From positions 1 through 29,641 of the forward strand of contig JBDTZG010000060.1 of assembly GCA_040005235.1 (NCBI GenBank): 29,641 nt of DNA, read 5' to 3'. The DNA comes from Acidobacteriota bacterium. GTDB lineage: Bacteria; Acidobacteriota; Thermoanaerobaculia; Multivoradales; UBA5704. The notes under the pieces are model-generated. The model was not told where the DNA came from, ran no database searches, and worked only from the letters and a program-made list of their open reading frames with translations. Positions 17,246-24,947 of the stretch are shown here, piece after piece (position 1 is the first letter of the stretch; each line of letters opens with the position of its first letter). Position numbers and translations under genes: made by a program.

Positions 17246-20068
17246 ATGCCTTCGAATTCGGAGATGAAGAGCCCCCCGGAAGAGTCTGGAGCGTTCGAGC
17301 TTCTCTGCCTCGATCTCTGGCGCGAGATCTGGAAGCTTGAGGGAGGCGCGCACCAGAACGGACGCTCAGGGTTCGGGCAGCACGGCGTCGATCTTTACGG
17401 CCGGGAAGGGGGCCTCTGGGTCGGAGTGCAGTGCAAGCAAAGGGCGGAGCGGCTCGGTTCGAAGGTGACCGTCCGAGAACTCGACGAGGAAGTTCGGAAA
17501 GCGCTGGATTTCAAGCCCGCGCTCTCGCGGTACATCGTGGCGACCTCGGCCGCTGCGGACGTAGCGGTGCTAACGAGAGCGCGGAAGATTACTGAGGAGC
17601 ACGCCGGAAAGGGTCTGTTCTCGGTCGATGTCTACCCCTGGGAGCGGATCTGGCACGAGATCCACGAGCGGCAAGAGCTGCTCGATCGTGTCCTGCCGAT
17701 CTACTGGCCGAGAACCTCGGGAGCGCCACAGAAGATCAACCCCACCCGCCTGACCCGCGTCGCCGAGAAGCTCTTCGGCCGAGAGACCGAGCTGGCGCAA
17801 CTCGATGCCGCCTGGGCGGATCCGAACATCCACGTGGTCACCCTCGTCGCCTGGGGCGGCACGGGGAAGACCTCGCTGGTCGCGAAGTGGGCGGCGGGGT
17901 TGGAGCTCGGGGGCGCCGATTACTTCGACTGGTCGTTCTACAGCCAGGGCACGCGGGAGGAGGGGTCGGCCTCCGGCGAACCGTTCGTGAACGCGGCGCT
18001 GCGGTTCTTCGGCGGGGAGGAGGAGGGCGAGAAGATCGCGGCGAGTGCGGCGTCCGGGTGGGACAAAGGCGCCAGACTCGCGGCGTTCGTGGCGCGGCGG
18101 AAGGCGTTGCTGATCCTTGATGGAATGGAGCCGCTCCAGTACCCGCCGTCGAATCCGCTCGCGGGGCAGTTAACGGACCTGGGCGTGAAGGCGTTGCTGC
18201 GGGGGCTAGCGGCGAAGAATCCCGGGTTGTGCGTGGTGACCACGCGCTTGAAGCTCGCGGAGCATTTCAACGCCTATCGCGAAACGACAGCACCGGAGTG
18301 GTCGGTGGAACGGCTGAGCACGGTGGCGGGGGTGGACCTGCTCGAAAAGCTTCAGGTGAAGGGGAGCAAGGAAGAGCTTCGAGCGCTCGTTGAGGACGTG
18401 GACGGCCACGCGCTGACATTGAACCTGATCGGAACGTTCCTCGCCAAAGCGTATGGCGGGGATGTACGGAAGCGCGACCGGGTGAAGCTCGAAAAGGCCG
18501 ATGCAAAAGTGCAAGGCGGCCACGCGTTTCGGGCGATCGCCGCCTATGAGAGGTGGTTTGTCAGCGAGGGAGGGGAGGAGGGTGTTCGGCAGCTTGCCAT
18601 GCTTCGGCTAATCGGACTGTTCGATCGTCCCGCAGATGGCGGTTGTCTTGATGCGCTGAGGAAAGAGCCGGCGATCCCGGGCTTGACCGACGCGCTGGTG
18701 GGGCTCGAGGAGGAGGACTGGAATCTTATGATCTTCGCTCTCGCCGAGTGCCGGCTTGTTTCGGCGGGGGCTGGCGGCAGCCTCGACGCCCACCCACTTA
18801 TCCGTGAGTACTTCGCCTGCCAGCTCCGCGAGAACTACCCCGAAGCCTGGCGCGCCGCGCACGGGCGATTGTTTGAATACCTGCGGGACACTACCAAGCC
18901 ATACCAGCCGGGCACGCTTGAAGGCCTCCAACCGCTTTACCACGCCATTGCCCACGGCTGCCACGCGGGCCGGCAGGAGGAGGCACGCGCCGGGGTCTAC
19001 CGGGATCGAATCCAGCGAGGGCAGGAAGCCTTCAGCACGTTCAAGCTCGGAGCGATCGGCGCCGACCTGGGTGCCGTGGCCTGCTTCTTCGATCCCCCTT
19101 GGCGCAGCATCTCGCGCGCGCTCACCGAAGCCGCCCAGGCCTGGCTGCTGAACGAGGCCGGCTTCCGCCTGCGCGCCCTGGGCCGACTGACCGAAGCCCT
19201 GGAGCCGATGCGGGCTGGGTTGCCCATCGAGGTCGCGCGTGAAGATTGGAAGAATGCTGCCGCCCGCGCCTCCAACCTGAGCGAGATGGAGCTGACGCTG
19301 GGCGACGTCTCCGCCGCGGTGCGGGACGCCGAGCAGTCCGTGACCTTCGCCGACCGCAGCGGGGATGCCTTCTTGGCAATGGCGTGCCGCACGGCGTACG
19401 CCGACGCCCTACACCAGGCGGGCCGCCGGGCCGAGGCGCTGGCGCTCTTCCGCGAGGCGGAGGGGATGCAGGCCGAGATGCAGCCCGAGTACCCGCGGCT
19501 CTACTCGCTGCAGGGCTTCCAGTACTGCGACCTGCTGCTCGCCGAGGCCGAGCGGGCGGCGGGGCGGCGGGGCGGGGCAGGAGCGGACGGAGAGGCGCTC
19601 TCGGAGGCGATCCGCGGGGTCGAGGAGCGGGCGGCGCAGATGATGAGGTGGGAGCAGGAGAACTGGCTCCTCGACATCGCCCTCGACCACCAGACCCTCG
19701 GCCGCGCCGCGCTCTATCGGGCGATCCTGGCAGGCTCCGATCTCGCCCCCGCGAGAGCCCACATCGAGCAGGCCGTGGACGGCCTCCGTCGCGCGGGTGA
19801 CTTGCCGCGCCTCCCGTGGGGCCTCCTCACCCGAGCCTGGCTTCTCTCCCGAGAGGGCAACCCCGACGCCGCGCGGGCCTACCTGGCCGAGGCGCAGGAG
19901 ATCGCGGCGAGGGGGCCGATGCCGCTGTTTCTGGCCGATATCGCCTTGCAGCGGGCGCGGTGGTTCGGCGACCGCGAGGCGCTGGCGGAGGCGCGGCGGT
20001 TGATCGAGGTACACGGGTATGGGCGGCGGCGGGAGGAGTTGGCGGATCTCGAAGTGGAGTTGGGGTAG
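17246..20068 (+). CDS. Restriction-endonuclease-like nuclease / STAND NTPase / TPR protein (NLR- or Avs-like, putative defence)
   Basis: N-terminal FE.LC.DL...GRSG..QHGVD...GVQCK (Mrr-like PD-(D/E)xK), FGRE.EL, Walker A GGTGKT, Walker B LLILDGME, GHALTL (GxP-like), TPR-like C-terminus. Start ATG 17246 with GGAG; the ORF-track extension runs through a repeat. Confidence 0.8.
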   Translation: MPSNSEMKSPPEESGAFELLCLDLWREIWKLEGGAHQNGRSGFGQHGVDLYGREGGLWVGVQCKQRAERLGSKVTVRELDEEVRKALDFKPALSRYIVATSAAADVAVLTRARKITEEHAGKGLFSVDVYPWERIWHEIHERQELLDRVLPIYWPRTSGAPQKINPTRLTRVAEKLFGRETELAQLDAAWADPNIHVVTLVAWGGTGKTSLVAKWAAGLELGGADYFDWSFYSQGTREEGSASGEPFVNAALRFFGGEEEGEKIAASAASGWDKGARLAAFVARRKALLILDGMEPLQYPPSNPLAGQLTDLGVKALLRGLAAKNPGLCVVTTRLKLAEHFNAYRETTAPEWSVERLSTVAGVDLLEKLQVKGSKEELRALVEDVDGHALTLNLIGTFLAKAYGGDVRKRDRVKLEKADAKVQGGHAFRAIAAYERWFVSEGGEEGVRQLAMLRLIGLFDRPADGGCLDALRKEPAIPGLTDALVGLEEEDWNLMIFALAECRLVSAGAGGSLDAHPLIREYFACQLRENYPEAWRAAHGRLFEYLRDTTKPYQPGTLEGLQPLYHAIAHGCHAGRQEEARAGVYRDRIQRGQEAFSTFKLGAIGADLGAVACFFDPPWRSISRALTEAAQAWLLNEAGFRLRALGRLTEALEPMRAGLPIEVAREDWKNAAARASNLSEMELTLGDVSAAVRDAEQSVTFADRSGDAFLAMACRTAYADALHQAGRRAEALALFREAEGMQAEMQPEYPRLYSLQGFQYCDLLLAEAERAAGRRGGAGADGEALSEAIRGVEERAAQMMRWEQENWLLDIALDHQTLGRAALYRAILAGSDLAPARAHIEQAVDGLRRAGDLPRLPWGLLTRAWLLSREGNPDAARAYLAEAQEIAARGPMPLFLADIALQRARWFGDREALAEARRLIEVHGYGRRREELADLEVELG

Positions 20069-20094
20069 GGCCCGGCGGATCGGCCCGTTGACCG

Positions 20095-20242
20095 TTTGGA
20101 GTGCGCCGACGTGTCGGCGCTTTGGTCGCGGCGACGTGTCGCCGCCACCTCGAACGCCCGCAGGCTTCGGGTCTCCTCGCACGGGCTCTCCTGGCCCGGC
20201 ACCTTCCTCTTCGAGATCGCCGACGCGTCGCCGCACTCCAAA
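20095..20242. repeat. REP/REPIN-like element family B, near-complete copy
   Basis: Terminal inverted repeats TTTGGAGTGCG...CGCACTCCAAA with internal GCCGACGTGTCGGC-type hairpins. Confidence 0.85.
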
Positions 20243-20289
20243 TTCAGCGGCATTCGCAGCCGGCAACACTTCTATTCTGCAAAGCCCTT

Positions 20290-20359
20290 CCTGGGAGCGC
20301 CGAGCATCAGCTCGGCTGCTTTGTCGACCTCGGCCGCTGCGAGTGCCGAGCTGTTGCTC
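20290..20359. repeat. REP doublet family C, second copy, inverted, right arm truncated
   Basis: Same arms as 17095-17176; the spacer is the reverse complement of that copy's spacer with 2 substitutions. Confidence 0.85.
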
Positions 20360-20390
20360 TAGGGATCTCCCACCGAAGATCCGCAGCTCT
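20359..20390. repeat. Copy of the nuoA leader segment 16908-16938
   Basis: Direct repeat differing by one insertion and one substitution. Confidence 0.85.
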
Positions 20391-20410
20391 GTGATATGAA
20401 CGAGAAAGCG

Positions 20411-20639
20411 ATGGACTGCGACATCTGTGGAAAAGGTGGTGCCCAGGTCCGGCTCATGACCCCGGAGCTACGGCAAAGGTGCAAACCTTTTGGTGATCGA
20501 GAACGTTCCGGTGGTGGTCTGTACCCAATGCGGAGAGAGCTACCTGACCGCCGAGACCCTGCATGAGATCGAGCGGATCAAGCTTCACCGCAGCAGCTTC
20601 GCGAAGCCAAGAAGCGTCGCCGTGGCCAGTTTCGCGTAA
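20411..20639 (+). pseudogene. YgiT-type zinc-finger (MqsA-like antitoxin) gene with a one-base frameshift
   Basis: MDCDICGKGGAQVRLMT, then after removing one C from CCCC (20460-20463) RSYGKGANLLVIENVPVVVCTQCGESYLTAETLHEIERIKLHRSSFAKPRSVAVASFA*. Absent from the ORF track; an alternative in-frame ATG lies at 20396. Confidence 0.8.
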
Positions 20640-20659
20640 GGGCGGCGATCCCAACCCCG

Positions 20660-20974
20660 AAATTTCCTGGCCCCACCCCAAAATCCGCTGGCCGCGCCCC
20701 AAATCCGCTGGCTGAACCCCAAATCTCCTGGCGGGACTCCAAATCTCCTGGCGGGACTCCAAATCTTCTGGCGGAGCTGGAAATTTGCTGGCTGGACTCC
20801 AGATCTTCTGGCGGAGCTGGAAATCTGCTGGTCGGACTCCAAATATGCTGGTGGAGCTGGAACCAGGAGATTTCAGAGCCCACCAGCGAAGTAGAGGCTG
20901 CGGCCAGGAGATTCCGGCGACGACCGGGAGATTTCGGCTCTGAGCGGCCGAACCGTCGGCGCGTCCGAGATTTC
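20660..20974. repeat. 20-bp period array: about 10 forward units, then 4-5 degenerate reverse units
   Basis: AAAT.(C/T).CTGG-type units start every 20 bp from 20681 to 20841; reverse cores GAGATT(T/C)C at 20867, 20908, 20928 and 20967. Confidence 0.85.
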
Positions 20975-21020
20975 GATCGGCCCCTGGTAGAGTCGCGCGG
21001 CTTTTTCGGACTCCGCTTCC

Positions 21021-21902
21021 ATGATTCCAGGTCTCGCCGCCGGCTCGCTTCTGCTCGTTCTGGTCTCCGCCTTGTCTTGGGCGGGGTTCGATCTGCTGCG
21101 GAAGCTCTTGGCTCGCGAGATCGGTCCCCTCCCTTTGATGGCATTTTTGTGCCTCGCTTCGGCGCCGCCGTTTGCGGTCTGGGCGGCGTTCTCGGGCGGG
21201 TTTTCGGTCGGGCCGGGGTATTGGGTGCCGGCTCTCGGCTCGGTGGCTTTGAACGTGGCGGCGAATCTGCTGTTTCTGGAGGCTTTGCGCACGGGGGAGC
21301 TGTCGGTTGCTGTGCCTCTGCTTTCGCTCACCCCGGCGTTTGCCTCCCTGGTGGCGATTCCCCTGCTGGGGGAGCGGCCCACCTTTTCCGACGCCTGCGG
21401 CATAGCGCTCGTGGTGATCGGGGCGTTCATCCTTCAGGCTCCGACGGGAGACGAGCGGTGGACTTGGGAGTCGATCAAGGCGCGCCGGGGCCTGCGGCTG
21501 ATGGCCGGGACGGCTCTCCTCTGGTCGCTCACCCTTCCGCTCGACAAGCTGGCGGTCACCCGCTCGCACCCGCCGTTTCACGCCCTGGTGTTGAATCTGG
21601 GGGTCGCCTTGGCCGCTCTCGTGATCCTGGCGCAGCGGCGGGAGCTGCATCGCCTGGGCGAGATCCGCAAGAAGCCGCTCGTGTTTCTCGCCGCTCTCGG
21701 CGTCTCTGCGGTCGCCCTCGGCGCCCAACTCGCCGCCCTCCAGACGGTCTGGGTGAGCGTGGTCGAAACGCTCAAGCGGACGATCGGCAACCTCTCCGCG
21801 GTGGTCGTCGGCCGGCTCGCTTTCGGCGAGGCGATCGGCGCGAGAAAGCTCGCCGCGGTGACGTTGATGGCCGGCGGAGTCGCCCTGATTCTGCTGTTCT
21901 GA
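21021..21902 (+). CDS. EamA/DMT family transporter
   Basis: About 10 TM helices in two repeats; ELSVAVPLLSLTPAF..LVA..LLGE and FGE motifs. Confidence 0.88.
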   Translation: MIPGLAAGSLLLVLVSALSWAGFDLLRKLLAREIGPLPLMAFLCLASAPPFAVWAAFSGGFSVGPGYWVPALGSVALNVAANLLFLEALRTGELSVAVPLLSLTPAFASLVAIPLLGERPTFSDACGIALVVIGAFILQAPTGDERWTWESIKARRGLRLMAGTALLWSLTLPLDKLAVTRSHPPFHALVLNLGVALAALVILAQRRELHRLGEIRKKPLVFLAALGVSAVALGAQLAALQTVWVSVVETLKRTIGNLSAVVVGRLAFGEAIGARKLAAVTLMAGGVALILLF

Positions 21903-22153
21903 GCTACGACGGTGCTCGGCGTCGCATTTGCGCGTCCTCTTTTTACCGCTTCGACACACCGGGGATGTAACGCTTCGCGCGCCTTAGGAGCCTCTTGGGT
22001 CGGGTTGAGGAAAACGTCGGGATGAGACGCGCAAGTCCTTATTTCAAAGGACGTTCCGACACTAGAGAAGATTCACTTTCGGGCGTCGGAAGCCTAGGAT
22101 CTAGCGGCAACGTAGATGCCATTGGGCAACCAGCGGGCAACCAGGAGGAAGTC

Positions 22154-22417
22154 ATGGAAAGAGTCGAGATCCGCGAGAAGATCAAGGACATCATCGCCAA
22201 CGTGGCGGGGCTGAAGCGCGAGAAGATCGGCGACGAGGATTCGTTGCGTGACGATTTGGCGCTCGATTCGCTCTCGCTCCTGGAAATAGGCGTCGACGTC
22301 GATTACTCGTTCCAGCTCAGTCTTCCCGACGAGCGCTACAAACAGCTCGCCACGTTGCCGCAGATGGTGGATTTGGTCGAAGCCCGTCTGGCCGAGCTCG
22401 CGCCGGTCTCGGCGTGA
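22154..22417 (+). CDS. Acyl carrier protein
   Basis: AGGAGG RBS; acidic 87-aa protein with the DL.LDSL phosphopantetheine site. Confidence 0.92.
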   Translation: MERVEIREKIKDIIANVAGLKREKIGDEDSLRDDLALDSLSLLEIGVDVDYSFQLSLPDERYKQLATLPQMVDLVEARLAELAPVSA

Positions 22418-23670
22418 CCGGAGGCGCCGGGAACCGCTCGATGACTTCGATCGCGGTGACGGGGCTCGGGCTCGCGACGCCGATCGGCCTCGGTCACGAG
22501 ACGGTCTGGCCGGCGCTGCTCTCCGGCCGGTCGGGGTTCCGGCCCGTCGCGTTGTTCGACACCTCGCGCCACGGCACCCACCTCGGAGCGGAGGTGCAGG
22601 ACTTCGATCCCGCCGCCTGGGTGCGTCGATTGCCCGTCTCCTCGATGGGCCGGGCGTCGCATTTAGCGATCGCCGCGTCGCGCATGGCGCTTGCCGACGC
22701 TGGAATCGATCCGGAGCAGATGACGCCCGAGGCGGCGGAGCGCTTCGGGGTCACTTTGGGCACGACCTCGGGCGAGCCGCTGGAAATCGAGCGCATGTCC
22801 GACCTGATGGTCGGCGACCGGCTCGACGAGCTGGGCGGCGAGTTGGCCGGCCGCTACCCCTGCCATCTGATCGCCGCCCACGTCGCTTCGGAGTTGGGCT
22901 TTGCCGGGCCGAACCAGATGATCCCAACCGCCTGCGCCGCGGGTAATTATGCGATCGCCTTCGCGGTCGAAGCGCTGCTGGCCGGACGTGCCGATCTGAT
23001 GATCGCGGGCGGGGCCGATTCGTTTTCTCGGATGACGTACACCGGCTTTGGCAAGCTCGGCGCGATCGCGCCGGACCTCGTCCGGCCGTTCGCCAAGAAC
23101 CGCAAGGGGATGATCCCGGGCGAGGGCTCAGGCGTGCTGGTGCTCGAACGGACCGAGAGCGCAATCTCGCGCGGCGCTCGGATCTACGCCGAGGTCGCGG
23201 GCTATGGCCTCACCTGCGACGCCCACCACATGACCGCGGCTCACCCGGAAGGGGACGGCCCGGCGCGCGCGATGGAGCGGGCTCTTCGCACGAGCGGTCT
23301 TGTCGCCGGCGACGTTTCCTACGTGAGCGCCCATGGCACCGGCACGCCCACCAACGACAAGCTCGAAACGCTCGCCGTGCATCGGGTGTTCGGTCGCGGG
23401 ACGACGGTGCCGGTCAGCTCGATAAAGTCGATGATCGGCCACACCATGGGCGCGGCCTCGGCGATCGAGGCGGCAGTCTGCTCGCTCGCGATCCACGAGG
23501 GGTGGATACCGCCGACCATGAACTACGACGAGCCCGATCCGGAATGCGATCTCGATTGCGTGCCGAACCAAGCCCGCCAGGTACGAGTCGATGTGGCGAT
23601 GAACAACGCCTACGCCTTCGGCGGTAACAACGCATCGGTGATCTTCCGGAGGCCTCATGCCCCCGCGTGA
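22414..23670 (+). CDS. Beta-ketoacyl-ACP synthase (FabF-like / type II PKS KS-alpha), active triad
   Basis: TACAAG (Cys), AHGTGT (His), KSMIGHTMGA (His), N.YAFGGNN. GTGA overlap with ACP; alternative ATG at 22441. Confidence 0.92.
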   Translation: MTGGAGNRSMTSIAVTGLGLATPIGLGHETVWPALLSGRSGFRPVALFDTSRHGTHLGAEVQDFDPAAWVRRLPVSSMGRASHLAIAASRMALADAGIDPEQMTPEAAERFGVTLGTTSGEPLEIERMSDLMVGDRLDELGGELAGRYPCHLIAAHVASELGFAGPNQMIPTACAAGNYAIAFAVEALLAGRADLMIAGGADSFSRMTYTGFGKLGAIAPDLVRPFAKNRKGMIPGEGSGVLVLERTESAISRGARIYAEVAGYGLTCDAHHMTAAHPEGDGPARAMERALRTSGLVAGDVSYVSAHGTGTPTNDKLETLAVHRVFGRGTTVPVSSIKSMIGHTMGAASAIEAAVCSLAIHEGWIPPTMNYDEPDPECDLDCVPNQARQVRVDVAMNNAYAFGGNNASVIFRRPHAPA

Positions 23671-24901
23671 GGTGGTGGTCACCGGCCTCGGCCTGCTCTC
23701 GCCGCTCGGCGATACGCCGGAGGCGCTCCATGAGGCGTTGCTCGCCGGGGAAGTCGGGATCAAGCCGATCGAGCTGTTCGATCCGAGCCTGCTCACGACG
23801 AAGCTCGGTGGCGAGATCCGACCGTTCGAGCCGCAGCGCTACCTGGGCGAGCGAAATCTTCGGCCGCTCGACCGGACCTCGCGCCTGTTGATCTCAGCCG
23901 CCACCCGGGCGCTCGAAGACGCGGGTTGGACCGAAGAGGCTCGAAACGGCCGCGAGCTGTCGCTCGCCGTCGGCACCACCTATTGCAGCATGCACACGAT
24001 CGGCGAGTTCGACCGCCGGGGCTTGAAACTTGGGCCCAACTACGTCTCGCCGTTCGATTTCGCCAACAGCGTGATCAACGCGGCCGCCGGCCAGACCGCC
24101 ATCTGGCACAAGCTCGCGGGAGTCAACTCCACCCTCGCGGGGGGCGAGGCCTCGGGCCTACAGGCAATCGCCTACGGCGCCGATCTGATCCGCACCGGCC
24201 AGGCCGACATGGTGCTCGCGGGCGGGGTCGAAGAGCTCTGCTTCGAGTCGTCGATCGCCTATTCGCGCGCCGGAAGGCTTGCCGGCGGCGAGGTGGGGAG
24301 CGAAACCAACGGCCGCCCGGTGCCATTCGACCGTGCGCGCGACGGCTTTGCTCCGGGAGAAGGTGCGGGTCTGCTCGTGCTCGAAGCGGCGGAGGTGGCC
24401 GAAGCGCGCGGCGCGAAGATCCACGCCCGCATCGCGGGGAGCGGTGCGGCGTTCGCGCCGGACCGCAATGGTGATTTCGCCGCAGCTCTCTCTCGCGCGA
24501 TCCGCGCCGCATGGACTTCCAGCGGCGCCGAGGGCGGCGCGTTTCTTTGCGTCTCTTCCGGCGCGAGCGGTGCGCGAGAACTCGACGCCTGGGAGGCCGA
24601 GGGGATCGCCCGCGGTCTCGAAGCGGCGGGGGTTTCAGGGCTTCCGGTGACCGCGATCAAGGCGAATCTCGGGGAAGCTTTGGGAGCCTCAGGAGCGTTT
24701 CAAGCGATGAGCCTGATCGCGACGCTCGCCGACGGCCGGATTCCCGGAATCGCCGGGTTGGAATCGACCGACCCAGGATTTCCTCTCACCGGAGTTTCCG
24801 CCGCGTCGCGGGCGTTCGCGACCGCCCCGGGCACCTTGGCGCTCGCGACCGCGATCTGCGCCGATGGTCCGGTGATGGCGCTTTTGCTCGCCGCGCCGTA
24901 G
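23657..24901 (+). CDS. Catalytically inactive ketosynthase homolog (chain-length factor / KS-beta-like)
   Basis: KS-fold motifs (VVVTGLG, PFD..RDG..PGEGAG) but GGEASG replaces the catalytic Cys, and SGASG and GEALG replace the two His. Confidence 0.85.
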   Translation: MPPREVVVTGLGLLSPLGDTPEALHEALLAGEVGIKPIELFDPSLLTTKLGGEIRPFEPQRYLGERNLRPLDRTSRLLISAATRALEDAGWTEEARNGRELSLAVGTTYCSMHTIGEFDRRGLKLGPNYVSPFDFANSVINAAAGQTAIWHKLAGVNSTLAGGEASGLQAIAYGADLIRTGQADMVLAGGVEELCFESSIAYSRAGRLAGGEVGSETNGRPVPFDRARDGFAPGEGAGLLVLEAAEVAEARGAKIHARIAGSGAAFAPDRNGDFAAALSRAIRAAWTSSGAEGGAFLCVSSGASGARELDAWEAEGIARGLEAAGVSGLPVTAIKANLGEALGASGAFQAMSLIATLADGRIPGIAGLESTDPGFPLTGVSAASRAFATAPGTLALATAICADGPVMALLLAAP

Positions 24902-24947
24902 CAAACGGATTAGCCACCTCGAGACTTACACCAGGAGGCGCCACGCC

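Noticed and set aside
16490-17353. Long N-terminal extension of NuoE (460-aa ORF)
   Set aside because: It overlaps nuoA in another frame and crosses the Rex box and a REP; open by chance in high-GC DNA.
20660-20974. CRISPR array
   Set aside because: Units are contiguous 20-mers with no unique spacers, and there are no cas genes in the window.
20454-21959. 501-aa minus-strand ORF containing repeated peptides
   Set aside because: It is antisense to the DMT and YgiT genes, and the peptide repeats merely translate the 20-bp array.
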